64,000 nucleotides of DNA from Bacteroidales bacterium (GCA_047638115.1 JBLJBB010000006.1:10247-74246), one strand, 5' to 3'. Numbered from the stretch's first letter, positions 9,417-19,796 are shown. A program made the numbers and translations. The notes: a model not told the origin generated them from the letters alone.

Positions 9417-12089
9417 TTATAATACTTCTTTAAGAATCATCTCTCCAGCTCCAATGCGATACCCTTCTGATTTTAGAATGATATCTCCTTGTGTGTTTAA
9501 AATGAAAAGGAGAGGGTACTCTTCTTTGAACACTTGTTTAGTATCATTTAGAAGTTTATGCATAAATTTAGACTGTTCATCTATGATAAATAGGGATTGT
9601 TTAGGTAAATTCCACTTCTCAAATTGAAAATTTCCACTATTTTTCACCGAAGGTATTACAAAAATAATTGAGCCACCCCAATTTTCAAATTGAGTTTTTA
9701 AAGTACCCATATCTTTAAATAGGTGTCTGGTAGGTTCTCTGGTTGGATCTATAAAACATAAAACCAGATTTTTGTTGTTCATTGCTTTTTCTATAGAAGT
9801 ATTTTGTAATGAGCCAAATAGATTCTGTTTTATATCAATTTTCCCAAAACTCTTTTCTCTTGGAACCAAATCTCTAATCACAATTTGTTTTTTAACAGTT
9901 TCTCCAGGAGTAACATTAAAAAAATCAACTCTGGAAAGCACCACACCATCATTGTAACGATGACCTGTTGACAACATATAATATCCTGGATCCAATTCTA
10001 TTGTAGCAGGGAATTTTGCCATACGTGGGTCATTTTCAAAATCGTATGTTACAAAATCTCCATTTTCAAACTTGGCAATAGTAAAATGGATCCAATATGT
10101 TAGGTTGAGTTTTACTTCATTTTTTTTAGGTTCATAACTTAAAACTAATCTTCCTTTTTCTTTAGATTCTTGAATTTTAGAGTTATCAAAGGTGACTTCT
10201 CTCCAGTTGTTATTTTCAAACACATAAATTTTTTCAGTAGCTAAATCAAAATAAGCAGGAATATTTAAAGATCTACATGAAGCCACAAAAAAGATGTCTC
10301 TTGATAGAGGGTCACATATTCTTAATTCAAAAACACCTTGAGGAGAGATTGGGCATTTGTAATAATTTTCAGTATTACTAATAGTAATATTATTGTTCAC
10401 CCAATGAATTATATTTTCAACTGTTGGAGTTTGCCCAACTATTGCACCCATTTTTTCTTTTAAAAATGGCCTCCAGGGACGTATCAATTCATTAGCTATT
10501 CGAGCAGGAAGTATACCTTTAAAATAGGGATGTTCTTCTGTAGACTTTAATTCCACAGTTTTTATATTATCCATTTGAATAAAATGCGTGATATGAGATT
10601 CTAAAATTTCAGCTGGAGTATCTCTTAAGTCTTTGTCAGAAAGTGATTCCAAAAAACGATTCAAATGTAATCCTAGCTCTAATTTTGCGTGTTTATTGAG
10701 AAATTTTATAATTTCAGCATAATTCCCCTCACTTCTTTTTATAGTTCTAACAATTTGTTCTGTTGTAAGATTTTCATTCTTAATGGTTCTGGCTTGCTCT
10801 TCCGACATGAATGATGCAATATAACTATTTCTCAAAGAATCTTCATATTTCAATCTTAAGGCATGTTTATCTTTGATCTCTTGAGAAATCTCTTTTACAA
10901 CTTTTTTCTCAATAGGCGGATAGATATCTAACATTTCCACATATTCTGCTCCCGCTTTTTTATCTAATATCAGTGTAATCTCATGTTGCTTTCTTACATC
11001 AATTTTTTGGTAATTGTAAATGCCCTCTTTGGATGCCCATATCAAAAGATCACCCAACCCGGTTGTTATTTGAGCTTCTCCTTTTTGATCGGTTGTGATT
11101 GTTGCAATAGGGTAATACTCAGCGTAATTATATAATTTAAACTTTACTGTAGCTTGATTTGCTGGCTTATTTTGTGCATCTAGAACTTTAATAGTAATTT
11201 TTTTTACTTCTGCATAATGGGATAACATATTTGAGATTGAGTATAAAGGAGTAACTAAATTTTTCTCATCTTGCAGGTTGTTTTTCCCAAAAACATTAGT
11301 GTGTACCATCATTGTTCTGGTTGCAGGAGAAGAGAACCAACCCATATTTAATTCTGGATCAGGTTCACAGGCACCCAAATAATACCATTTTCCATCAACC
11401 CAAACCTCTACCCATGCATGATTATCATCAGAATGAGCCCAACGAGGAGTGTAGCACTGACGTGCAGGAATTCCAACAGCACGAAGTGCTGTAACTGTAA
11501 AGGTTGATTGTTCACCACAACGTCCTAATGCTGTTCTCATTGTAGCTAATGGGGCAGAAGTTCTGATATCTGCTCCTCTATAAGTTACTTTTTCATGACA
11601 CCAATGGTTTACTTCTAAAGCAGCATCATACATAGATAAATTTTTCACTCTCTCTCTCAATTCATTAAAAAAAACAACCCTTGCAGTATCGAGATTTTCA
11701 TTATTCACTCTATAAACTAAAACAAAATGTCTAAAAATCTCTTCTGGAATGGTTTTTCCCCAAGGCATCTCATTTTTTGCTTTAAATGCATACCTTACTT
11801 GTTGTAAAAAGAAATCACCATTGTAATCAGCTAAATCACTTAAAGGCATATAAGCATAAAGAAATTCAAGGGCTTCTTGTTCAGAAAGAGTGAGTTCTTG
11901 ATCAAAAACTGAAAAAAGTTGGGTTGCCCTTCCTTTAGCTAGTTCTTTTCTGGATTCAAAATCTTTTTTAACTTCCTCTCTATACTTCACATCTGTAATA
12001 AAATGTTGATTACAAGATAATAACATTGTTAAAAGGGAAACAATACAAATTAAGGAGATCATTTTTTTCATAAGGTATCTTTTATTCAT
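9417..12089 (-). CDS. transglutaminase-like domain lipoprotein with C-terminal thioredoxin-fold-like region
   Basis: Lipoprotein signal (LLSCNQ). Transglutaminase core Cys/His/Asp context (GRCGEQSTFTVTALRAVGIPARQCY..DNHAWVEVWVDGKWYYLGACEP). Confidence 0.7.
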   Translation of the reverse strand: MNKRYLMKKMISLICIVSLLTMLLSCNQHFITDVKYREEVKKDFESRKELAKGRATQLFSVFDQELTLSEQEALEFLYAYMPLSDLADYNGDFFLQQVRYAFKAKNEMPWGKTIPEEIFRHFVLVYRVNNENLDTARVVFFNELRERVKNLSMYDAALEVNHWCHEKVTYRGADIRTSAPLATMRTALGRCGEQSTFTVTALRAVGIPARQCYTPRWAHSDDNHAWVEVWVDGKWYYLGACEPDPELNMGWFSSPATRTMMVHTNVFGKNNLQDEKNLVTPLYSISNMLSHYAEVKKITIKVLDAQNKPANQATVKFKLYNYAEYYPIATITTDQKGEAQITTGLGDLLIWASKEGIYNYQKIDVRKQHEITLILDKKAGAEYVEMLDIYPPIEKKVVKEISQEIKDKHALRLKYEDSLRNSYIASFMSEEQARTIKNENLTTEQIVRTIKRSEGNYAEIIKFLNKHAKLELGLHLNRFLESLSDKDLRDTPAEILESHITHFIQMDNIKTVELKSTEEHPYFKGILPARIANELIRPWRPFLKEKMGAIVGQTPTVENIIHWVNNNITISNTENYYKCPISPQGVFELRICDPLSRDIFFVASCRSLNIPAYFDLATEKIYVFENNNWREVTFDNSKIQESKEKGRLVLSYEPKKNEVKLNLTYWIHFTIAKFENGDFVTYDFENDPRMAKFPATIELDPGYYMLSTGHRYNDGVVLSRVDFFNVTPGETVKKQIVIRDLVPREKSFGKIDIKQNLFGSLQNTSIEKAMNNKNLVLCFIDPTREPTRHLFKDMGTLKTQFENWGGSIIFVIPSVKNSGNFQFEKWNLPKQSLFIIDEQSKFMHKLLNDTKQVFKEEYPLLFILNTQGDIILKSEGYRIGAGEMILKEVL

Positions 12090-12102
12090 TATATACTATT
12101 TA

Positions 12103-12172
12103 GACTACGGACTACGGACTACAGACTACAGACTACGGACTACGGACTACAGACTACAGACTGCGGACTGTG
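12103..12172. repeat. tandem heptamer array (GACTACR)x10
   Basis: Units counted by hand: GACTACG x2, GACTACA x2, GACTACG x2, GACTACA x2, GACTGCG, GACTGTG. Confidence 0.95.
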
Positions 12173-12180
12173 TACCTTTT

Positions 12181-12236
12181 TTCACTATTCACTATTCACT
12201 ATTCACTCTTCACTATTCACTCTTCACTATTCACTC
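12181..12236. repeat. tandem heptamer array (TTCACTM)x8
   Basis: TTCACTA x3, TTCACTC, TTCACTA, TTCACTC, TTCACTA, TTCACTC. The last unit contains the TGA stop of the minus-strand gene. Confidence 0.95.
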
Positions 12237-13142
12237 TTTATAAATGGTTAAGTGATAAACTTCATTAAGATATTCTGGCATATAGGAACGTTTTGCTTTT
12301 CTAAGTCCCTCTACACCTCCATCTTCTGCTCTGTTGATATAAGTGTAGCCCTTAGCAATCTCTTTTGCAAAAAGTTTGTTAATCATAGCATAAGATCCTC
12401 TTATGTTTCGGTCAGCTTTTTCAAAAAGTACAAGCCAGGTGTCATTATTTAGCAAACACCCTATTGAAAATGCAACAATTTGTGAGTTTACTCTAAGTAT
12501 AATACCTTTCAAATTTAGTTCGTAAAAGTGTTTAAATGCTTCTTGTAATGCTTCGTTTTCCAAATTCAAACGGGATGTTGATGCAATAATTTTTTCAGAA
12601 TCCCACTTTTTACTAAAATTTACAACTTCATTTAAATTTTGTGAATCAATAATCTCTTTAGTCCATTGATATTGTTTTTCAAAAAAGTGAATATGATTTC
12701 TTTTAGGTTTAAGTGCAGATCCTTTTAATTCAGCTAAAGATTCTGTTAAATAAATATATTCAAATTCATCTTCAGAAGGGTAATAGTAGTAGGAATATCC
12801 ATCTATTTTGAGAGATTCAGCCCAATTAACTAGAGTTTCTCCATTAAAACTACAAAACTGAAAAAATCGTATTTTTTTTTGATTAACAATTGCATAATCT
12901 TTTATGGCATTAAAGACTTCATATATATCCCCTTCACCAACAGGGAACAAAAAATAATCTTTATTTTTGATTGATACTTTAGATATTATATACATTTTGT
13001 ATTGTGCAAATTGAAAATTAATTACATTTCGATATAAAAATTGCACAGCAAAACTATAGTTTAATAAATTACAATCCAGGGAATCTAGTTTTCTACCTAG
13101 TATATTTTGATCGGAAAGTGTAACAGATTTGAAAACGAGCAT
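12231..13142 (-). CDS. DUF2156-like protein (phosphatidylglycerol lysyltransferase C-terminal/GNAT-like fold)
   Basis: Recollected family pattern (LKGSALKPKRNHIHFFEKQY..., AFSIG..., INRAEDGGVEGLRKAKRSY). Start set to ATG 13142 (MLVFKS); the track start 13163 is TTG. The TGA stop lies inside the last TTCACTC repeat unit. Confidence 0.5.
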   Translation of the reverse strand: MLVFKSVTLSDQNILGRKLDSLDCNLLNYSFAVQFLYRNVINFQFAQYKMYIISKVSIKNKDYFLFPVGEGDIYEVFNAIKDYAIVNQKKIRFFQFCSFNGETLVNWAESLKIDGYSYYYYPSEDEFEYIYLTESLAELKGSALKPKRNHIHFFEKQYQWTKEIIDSQNLNEVVNFSKKWDSEKIIASTSRLNLENEALQEAFKHFYELNLKGIILRVNSQIVAFSIGCLLNNDTWLVLFEKADRNIRGSYAMINKLFAKEIAKGYTYINRAEDGGVEGLRKAKRSYMPEYLNEVYHLTIYKE

Positions 13143-13240
13143 ACAAACTGAATATGATGACAAATATCTATTTGCAAAAGTAAAAAAAACATCTCAAAAT
13201 TTTTTCATAAGACACATTATTATTAGTAAGAAAATTCGTG

Positions 13241-13248
13241 TATTTTTG
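13241..13248 (+). promoter_or_regulatory. -7 box TATTTTTG upstream of pepO
   Basis: TAnnTTTG match 62 nt upstream of ATG 13310. Confidence 0.4.
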
Positions 13249-13309
13249 CAACTCTAAAAAAACAAGGTAAACACAATACATAATATTAAATACCAAACTG
13301 TTAACCAAA

Positions 13310-15364
13310 ATGAAAAACGTATTAAAATTAGTCATGATGAGCTCAATTATTCTTTTTGCATCATGTAAAGAGGCCAAACAAGTTCCTCAAATAGTATTAA
13401 CTTCAGGAATAAAAATGGAGAATTTAGACACAACAGTATCACCTGTTAATGATTTTTACCGATATGCAACTGGTGGCTGGATGGATAAAAATCCATTAAC
13501 AGCTGAATATTCTCGATATGGAACTTTTGATCAGTTGGCAGAAAATAATAAAATTCAATTAAAAGATTTGATCACAACTATTGCAAAAGAGAAACATACA
13601 AATGGAACTATTAAACAAAAAATTGGTGATTTATATAATATGGGAATGGATACTAACACTATTGAAAAGCAAGGTGCAACTCCGATCCAACCCGAATTAA
13701 ATAGAATTGTAACTATTAAAACGACCAAAGAGTTGCCAATTTTAATAGGAGAGATGCACCTCAAAGGGAATGCTCCTTTTTTTGGAATATTTGGAGAAGC
13801 TGATCCAAAGAATAGCAAAATGAATATTGCATGGGTTTGGCAAACTGGGTTGGGAATAGGAGAAAGGGAATATTATCTTGATCCTAAAATGCAAGACATT
13901 AGAGATCAGTACATTGTTCTTTTAACAGAGATGTTTAAAATTTCTGGATATTCAAAATTAGCAAACATGGAAGGGAAAGAGGAGCAATTAGCAAAAGATG
14001 TTCTTAAGTTAGAAACTGACATGGCTAAGGTGTTTATGAGTAAAGAGGTTCTAAGAGACCCAAACGCGACTTATAATCTTAAAACTATTGTTGAATTCCA
14101 AAAATTAATCCCTTCTTTTAATGTAGTAGATTATTTGAATAGTGTTCATCTAGGTCATTTAGAAAGCGTTAATGTTGGACAAGTTAATTATATCAAAGGG
14201 TTAAATAAAATTTTATCTTCAACAAAAATCGAGACTATTAAAGCATACTTAGCTTGGAATGTAATCAATAGTGCTGCACCATATTTAAGTAGCAACTTTG
14301 TAATTGCTGATTTCAACTTTTATAGTAAAGTATTATCTGGAAAGGAATCTGATAAACCAAGATGGAAAAAAGTAATAGAATCTGTTGATGGTTCATTGGG
14401 AGAAGCAGTTGGGCAAATGTACGTTGAAAAACATTTTCCTGCAGAAGCAAAAGTTAGGATGGAAAAATTGGTAGCAAACTTAAAAGTTGCTATGGAGGAT
14501 CGTTTTAACCAACTCACATGGATGACTGACTCTACTAAGGCAAAAGCAATTGATAAATTACATGGAATCATTGTAAAGGTAGGGTATCCGGATAAATGGA
14601 GAGATTATAGTGCTTTAGAAATCAAAAATGACAGTTATTATGCAAACATCTTACGTTCTCGTATTTTTGAAAATAATTATCAAATGAGTAAAATTGGAAA
14701 ACCTGTAGATCCAACGCTTTGGTTAATGACTCCACAAATGGTGAATGCTTATTATAACCCAACAACCAATGAGATCTGTTTCCCAGCAGGTATTTTACAG
14801 CCACCATTTTTTGACATGAATGCTGATGATGCTGTTAATTATGGAGCAATTGGGGTTGTGATTGGACATGAAATGACTCATGGTTTTGATGATGCTGGAA
14901 GATATTATGATATCAATGGAAATTTGAACGATTGGTGGAGTGAAGAAGACGCAAAAAATTTCACAGAAAGATCTAAAGTTTTAGTGAATTATTATGATAG
15001 TATTCAAGTTTTACCGAATGTTTATGCTAATGGAGTATTTACATTAGGTGAAAATATTGCTGATAATGGGGGTGTAAATATCTCATATGTTGCTTTACAA
15101 AGAGCTAAAAAAGAGGGAGCTGTTCAAGGAATAATGGATGGTTTTACACCAGAACAAAGATTTTTTATTGCGTATGCAATGGTATGGGGTGGAAATATTC
15201 GTGATAATGAGATTCTACGTCGTACGAATGAAGACCCACATTCATTAGGAAAATGGAGAGTAAACGGCTGTTTACCTCATATAACTCCTTTCCTTGAAGC
15301 TTTCAAAGTAAAAGAGGGTGATAAAATGTGGTTAGCACCTGAAAAGAGAGCTCAAATTTGGTAA
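13310..15364 (+). CDS. pepO: M13 family metalloendopeptidase (PepO / endothelin-converting-enzyme-like), lipoprotein
   Basis: HExxH in VIGHEMTHGFDD, GENIADNGG motif, C-terminal W. Lipobox LFASCKE. Confidence 0.9.
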   Translation: MKNVLKLVMMSSIILFASCKEAKQVPQIVLTSGIKMENLDTTVSPVNDFYRYATGGWMDKNPLTAEYSRYGTFDQLAENNKIQLKDLITTIAKEKHTNGTIKQKIGDLYNMGMDTNTIEKQGATPIQPELNRIVTIKTTKELPILIGEMHLKGNAPFFGIFGEADPKNSKMNIAWVWQTGLGIGEREYYLDPKMQDIRDQYIVLLTEMFKISGYSKLANMEGKEEQLAKDVLKLETDMAKVFMSKEVLRDPNATYNLKTIVEFQKLIPSFNVVDYLNSVHLGHLESVNVGQVNYIKGLNKILSSTKIETIKAYLAWNVINSAAPYLSSNFVIADFNFYSKVLSGKESDKPRWKKVIESVDGSLGEAVGQMYVEKHFPAEAKVRMEKLVANLKVAMEDRFNQLTWMTDSTKAKAIDKLHGIIVKVGYPDKWRDYSALEIKNDSYYANILRSRIFENNYQMSKIGKPVDPTLWLMTPQMVNAYYNPTTNEICFPAGILQPPFFDMNADDAVNYGAIGVVIGHEMTHGFDDAGRYYDINGNLNDWWSEEDAKNFTERSKVLVNYYDSIQVLPNVYANGVFTLGENIADNGGVNISYVALQRAKKEGAVQGIMDGFTPEQRFFIAYAMVWGGNIRDNEILRRTNEDPHSLGKWRVNGCLPHITPFLEAFKVKEGDKMWLAPEKRAQIW

Positions 15365-15414
15365 AGAAAATATTTAAAAAATAGCAATTAATAATATAAC
15401 AAATAAAACACTTT

Positions 15415-16362
15415 ATGAAGAAACTAGCAATGGTAGCTTTTGGAGGAAATGCACTCCTGAGAAGTAACCAAAAAGGAACATATCAAGAACAATTAGAAAA
15501 CGTAATGGACACATGTAAATCATTACATAAACTATATGAACAAGATTATGATATTGTGATTGGACATGGAAATGGTCCACAAGTTGGGAATGTGATGTTA
15601 CAACATGATGCTGGCTTAAAACAATATGGCATTCAAGCTATGCCTATGGATGTTTGTGTTGCTGAAACTCAAGGATCTATTGGCTACATGATTGAACTAG
15701 CTTTTAGAACTATATTTTTCAAAGAGGGGATTCGCAAACATGTGATAACATTAGTAACTCAAGTTGTTGTAGATGAAAATGATCCAGCTTTCAAAAAACC
15801 TACTAAACCTGTAGGGCCATATTATACTAAAGAGCAAGCTGATCTGATTGCTGCAGAAAATGGTTCTGTTTTTGCTGAAGATCCAAAAGGAAATGGATGG
15901 AGAAAAATTGTTGCTTCTCCAAAACCACTTCATATTAGTAATATTGATGTTGTTCAAAGACTTGCAACATCAGGATATGTAGTTATTACTTGCGGTGGAG
16001 GCGGAATTCCAGTAGTACGCAATCAAAATGGTGGTAAAGGGATGGAAGCAGTAATTGATAAAGATTTAGCTTCTGCCTTAGCTGCAGTGGAAATGAAAGC
16101 TGATGAATTCTATATTTTAACAGATGTTCCAAAAGTGTATATTAACTTTAGAAAAGAGAATGAAAAAGCTTTGGATGTAATCACAGTTAATGAAGCAAAA
16201 CAATATATGGAAGAAGGACATTTTACGGAAGGTTCTATGGCTCCAAAAATTAGGGCTGCTCTTTATTTTGTCGAAAACGGAGGTAAAGAGTGTATAATAA
16301 CAGAAGCCGGACAATTAGGTAATCCTCATTGTGGGACAAGAATTGTTAGAAATGGATTTTAG
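15415..16362 (+). CDS. arcC: carbamate kinase
   Basis: N-terminal VAFGGNALL and GHGNGPQVG motifs. 315 aa. Confidence 0.9.
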   Translation: MKKLAMVAFGGNALLRSNQKGTYQEQLENVMDTCKSLHKLYEQDYDIVIGHGNGPQVGNVMLQHDAGLKQYGIQAMPMDVCVAETQGSIGYMIELAFRTIFFKEGIRKHVITLVTQVVVDENDPAFKKPTKPVGPYYTKEQADLIAAENGSVFAEDPKGNGWRKIVASPKPLHISNIDVVQRLATSGYVVITCGGGGIPVVRNQNGGKGMEAVIDKDLASALAAVEMKADEFYILTDVPKVYINFRKENEKALDVITVNEAKQYMEEGHFTEGSMAPKIRAALYFVENGGKECIITEAGQLGNPHCGTRIVRNGF

Positions 16363-16410
16363 TTAAGTTACTTTTTAATAAAATCTGATTATTAAATAAA
16401 ATATTTTAAA

Positions 16411-16452
16411 AAGAGTCATTTTTAAGAAATTAAATTATGACTCTTTTTTTTG
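16411..16452 (+). terminator. rho-independent terminator after arcC
   Basis: Stem AAGAGTCAT/ATGACTCTT with a long AT loop, followed by T8. Confidence 0.6.
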
Positions 16453-16759
16453 TTTTTTTTATATTTAAAAATAGTCAATTCAGCAAAATATTCAAAAATC
16501 GTTACATTTTTGTTCAAATTTGATACATTTTTGTAACGAAAATGGGAAAAATGTTAAAATTTAGTGTTTTTTCTATCTGTCTCAAAAACATTATGTAATT
16601 TTGAATCATAGAAATGAAGACTACAATTTGTCCCGCATGTATGATGTAGCCACTCATACACAGAGAATTTGAAAGAATTAAAGTGGCTACATTTACATGA
16701 ATTATAATATTTTTTAATGATTCAAATAAAAAAAAAAGTGCCAATTTTAAACTTTTCAT

Positions 16760-16767
16760 TATATTTG
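16760..16767 (+). promoter_or_regulatory. -7 box TATATTTG upstream of the DUF4476-like gene
   Basis: TAnnTTTG match 29 nt upstream of ATG 16796. Confidence 0.45.
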
Positions 16768-16795
16768 CAATCCATTTAAAAAACAATATAGAAAC

Positions 16796-17749
16796 ATGAA
16801 AAAATTAACTATTCTACTTTTATTAACCCTTTTAACATGGAGTGTCAATGCTCAATGGGGTTCAATGAGCATTCGTTCTCAAAATTTTAATCAAAGATTT
16901 TGGGTTTTTATTGATGATGTATTACAAAACCAGTACTCAGTGAGTTCAATTAGAGTTCAAGGTTTAAATTATCAACAACAATATAGAGTTAGAGTGGAAC
17001 TTGATAATCCAGACCAAGATATTGTTGGTAAAACAATTTTAGTAAATGCTCAGCCAAGATTTAATAACTTCGAAATTCAGTATAGAAATGGAGGATATCT
17101 TTTAAAATCATCTAATTTTAACATGAATCCGATGTTATCAATGTATTTAATTCTTCCTAATTATAGTTACTATAATGATTATTACTCATTTTTAAATCCT
17201 GGTTTTGGTAATTATGGAAATTATTGGGGAAATAGTGGTAAAAAATATAATTTTTTGTCAGCACCTGCTGATTGCCACCCTAATCATGGGAATAATTACC
17301 CTGGTTCAAATAATAATGGGAATCATAATAACAACAACTATGGAGGCAATCAAGGTGGAAACTATGGTGGAAACTATGGTGGTAATCATGGGGGTAATCA
17401 TGGGGGTAATCAAGGAGGCAATTATGGAGGCAATCAAGGAGGAGCGCACAATGGGCCTCAAAACCTATGTATGCCTACCCCTGAATTTAATACAGCTTTA
17501 AATTCAATTAGAAGTGATAATTTTGAATCAGGTAAGCTAAATAAAGCAAAGCAGATCATATCTAGAAACAGAATGTGTACTGCACAGATAGTTCAAATTG
17601 TAAGGTTATTCTCTTTTGAGAGTAACAAATTAGAATTTGCAAAATACGGATATCAATATTGTACTGATAAAAACAATTACTATCAAGTTACAGATGCTTT
17701 CTCTTTTCAATCATCCAAGGATGAATTATTAAAATTTATTGGCAACTAA
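16796..17749 (+). CDS. DUF4476-like secreted protein with internal GGNx tetrapeptide repeats
   Basis: Signal peptide. 12-nt periodic repeat encoding GGNQ/GGNY/GGNH x8. C-terminal duplicated FESGKL..AK / FESNKLEFAKYGY pattern typical of DUF4476. Confidence 0.6.
   Translation: MKKLTILLLLTLLTWSVNAQWGSMSIRSQNFNQRFWVFIDDVLQNQYSVSSIRVQGLNYQQQYRVRVELDNPDQDIVGKTILVNAQPRFNNFEIQYRNGGYLLKSSNFNMNPMLSMYLILPNYSYYNDYYSFLNPGFGNYGNYWGNSGKKYNFLSAPADCHPNHGNNYPGSNNNGNHNNNNYGGNQGGNYGGNYGGNHGGNHGGNQGGNYGGNQGGAHNGPQNLCMPTPEFNTALNSIRSDNFESGKLNKAKQIISRNRMCTAQIVQIVRLFSFESNKLEFAKYGYQYCTDKNNYYQVTDAFSFQSSKDELLKFIGN
17342..17443 (+). repeat. in-frame 12-nt tandem repeat encoding (GGNx)x8
   Basis: ggaggcaatcaa ggtggaaactat ggtggaaactat ggtggtaatcat gggggtaatcat gggggtaatcaa ggaggcaattat ggaggcaatcaa. 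Confidence 0.9.
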
Positions 17750-18165
17750 GTTCTTCTCATTCGATAAGGATCTGAAGAATCCCATGATTGGAATAACAAC
17801 TGATCGTGGATTGTTCTAACAAGAAATAAAAAAACATCAAGTTTGTAACTAGCGAACCATTTTATAGCATCTTCCTCTTTGCGGCATGCAGCTGCAAAGA
17901 GGGACATAAAATGGCAGTTGTTTTTAATAAGCCATTCAATGGCATTCTCTTCTCCATCTATAGCATTGCTTAAAATGGCCAATTCAGGAAACCCATTATT
18001 TAACAACCAATTAAGTGCTACAGTATCAGAATGAACTGCTGCTGAAAAAGCAGCCAGTTCAGGAAATCCGTTATTAAAAAGAAAATCTGTAAACTTGCTA
18101 TCTCCCTTTAAACTTTCATTTAAGGCCATTAAGAGCTTCACATCATAATCTGAAATACAAAGCAT
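17746..18165 (-). CDS. hypothetical protein with three ~24-aa internal repeats (NNGFPELA motif)
   Basis: ORF starts 5 nt after the glnS stop on the same strand. Repeats FLFNNGFPELAAFSAAV / WLLNNGFPELAILSNAI / WLIKNNCHFMSLFAAAC. Confidence 0.5.
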   Translation of the reverse strand: MLCISDYDVKLLMALNESLKGDSKFTDFLFNNGFPELAAFSAAVHSDTVALNWLLNNGFPELAILSNAIDGEENAIEWLIKNNCHFMSLFAAACRKEEDAIKWFASYKLDVFLFLVRTIHDQLLFQSWDSSDPYRMRRT

Positions 18166-18170
18166 GATCG

Positions 18171-19796
18171 TTAACTTTTCAATCCTACGGTTTTATTAAA
18201 CACTAATTTATCAGAAGTTGAATCCTTATCCATACAGAAATAGCCAGTTCTTTCAAATTGGTAATATTTAATTTGACTAGATAGATCCATAGTTTCTTCA
18301 ACAAAACCTTCAGTAACTATTAAAGAGTTAGGATTGATATAATCTAAAAATGTTTTACCCTCATCTCCATTATCAGGTTCTGGCACTGTAAATAGTCTAT
18401 CAAAAAGACGAATTTCAGCTTTCTTTGCATGTGATACCGATAGCCAGTGAATGGTTGCTTTAACTTTTCGATTACTTTGTTCCATTCCACTTTTTGTTTC
18501 AGGATCGTAAGAAGCGTGTATTTCAATAATATTTCCTACATTATCTTTGATAATATGAGTGCATTTAATAATGTATGCATATTTCAAGCGAACTTCTCCA
18601 CCAATTGTTAATCTGAAAAATTTCTTATCTGCATCCTCTTTAAAATCTGCTCTTTCTATCCACAATTCTTTTGAGAAAGTCACTTTTCGAGTACCAGCTT
18701 CACTATCTTCTGGATTATTAACAGCAAGTAATGTCTCTACTTGATTGTCAGGGTAGTTATCTATTATCAATTTAACTGGATCTAAAACGGCCATTCTTCT
18801 TTGAGCGACTTTATTAAGGTGTTCTCTAGCACAGAATTCAAGAAGATTGACATCAATAATGTTTTCTCTTTTAGCAACACCAACAGTTTCTGCAAAATTG
18901 CGTATAGATTCAGGAGAATACCCTCTTCTTCTTAATCCTGAAATAGTAGGCATTCTTGGATCATCCCAACCCATAACATATTTTTCTTGTACCAATTGCA
19001 TCAATTTACGTTTGCTCATAATGGTGTAATTTAAATTTAACCGAGCAAATTCAATTTGTTGTGGGTGATGAATTTCTAAGGTTTTGCAGAACCAATCATA
19101 TAAAGGACGATGAACTTCAAACTCTAAAGTACAAATAGAATGGGTGATTCCTTCTATAGAATCACTTTGTCCATGGGCATAATCATACATCGGATAAATG
19201 CACCATTTATTGCCTGTTCTGTGGTGTTCAGCATGTAAAATTCTATATAAAATAGGATCTCTCATGTGCATATTTGGGGAGGCCATATCCACTTTAGCTC
19301 TCAAAACTTTTGATCCTTCTGCAAATTCTCCGGCTCTCATTCTTCTGAAAAGATCCAAATTTTCTTCAATGGATCTATTTCTGAATGGACTTTCAATTCC
19401 AGGTTTTGTTGGAATACCTCTTCCTTTACTGATCTCTTCTTGAGAAGAATCATCAACATAAGCAAGGTTTTTTTGAATCAACCATTCAGCCCAGTTGTAT
19501 AATTGATCGAAATAATCTGAAGCATAATATTCAGCAGCCCATTGAAACCCTAACCATTGAATATCCTCTTTAATTGAGTCAACATATTCAACATCCTCTT
19601 TAGTTGGATTAGTGTCATCCAATCGAAGGTTGCATAAGCCATTATATTTCTTTGCTAAACCGAAATTTAAGCAAATAGATTTAGCATGGCCAATGTGGAG
19701 ATAACCATTAGGTTCAGGTGGAAAACGGGTATGTACTTTTGCATTGTTTTTACCGTTTTTTAGATCCTCTTCAATAATTTCTTCAATAAAATTCAT
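18171..19796 (-). CDS. glnS: glutamine--tRNA ligase
   Basis: HIGH (YLHIGHAKS) and MSK (IMSKRK) motifs. 541 aa with GlnRS-like C-terminal anticodon-binding region. Confidence 0.95.
   Translation of the reverse strand: MNFIEEIIEEDLKNGKNNAKVHTRFPPEPNGYLHIGHAKSICLNFGLAKKYNGLCNLRLDDTNPTKEDVEYVDSIKEDIQWLGFQWAAEYYASDYFDQLYNWAEWLIQKNLAYVDDSSQEEISKGRGIPTKPGIESPFRNRSIEENLDLFRRMRAGEFAEGSKVLRAKVDMASPNMHMRDPILYRILHAEHHRTGNKWCIYPMYDYAHGQSDSIEGITHSICTLEFEVHRPLYDWFCKTLEIHHPQQIEFARLNLNYTIMSKRKLMQLVQEKYVMGWDDPRMPTISGLRRRGYSPESIRNFAETVGVAKRENIIDVNLLEFCAREHLNKVAQRRMAVLDPVKLIIDNYPDNQVETLLAVNNPEDSEAGTRKVTFSKELWIERADFKEDADKKFFRLTIGGEVRLKYAYIIKCTHIIKDNVGNIIEIHASYDPETKSGMEQSNRKVKATIHWLSVSHAKKAEIRLFDRLFTVPEPDNGDEGKTFLDYINPNSLIVTEGFVEETMDLSSQIKYYQFERTGYFCMDKDSTSDKLVFNKTVGLKS

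Noticed and set aside
12103-12236. Could the tandem arrays here and at 37603, 38823 and 58208 be CRISPR arrays?
   Set aside because: The periods are 7-8 nt with no unique spacers between units. No cas genes are in the window. These are simple short-period tandem repeats.
16514-16786. 90-aa minus-strand ORF in the arcC/DUF4476 intergenic region.
   Set aside because: The translation is hydrophobic and AT-biased, with no motif and no promoter box or RBS context. It overlaps the predicted -7 box of the plus-strand gene. Probably spurious, although the 430-nt gap remains unexplained.
17205-17501. 98-aa ORF in an alternative frame across the GGNx repeat.
   Set aside because: It is an artefact of the 12-nt repeat reading open in a second frame (MVETMVETMVVIMGVIMG...).
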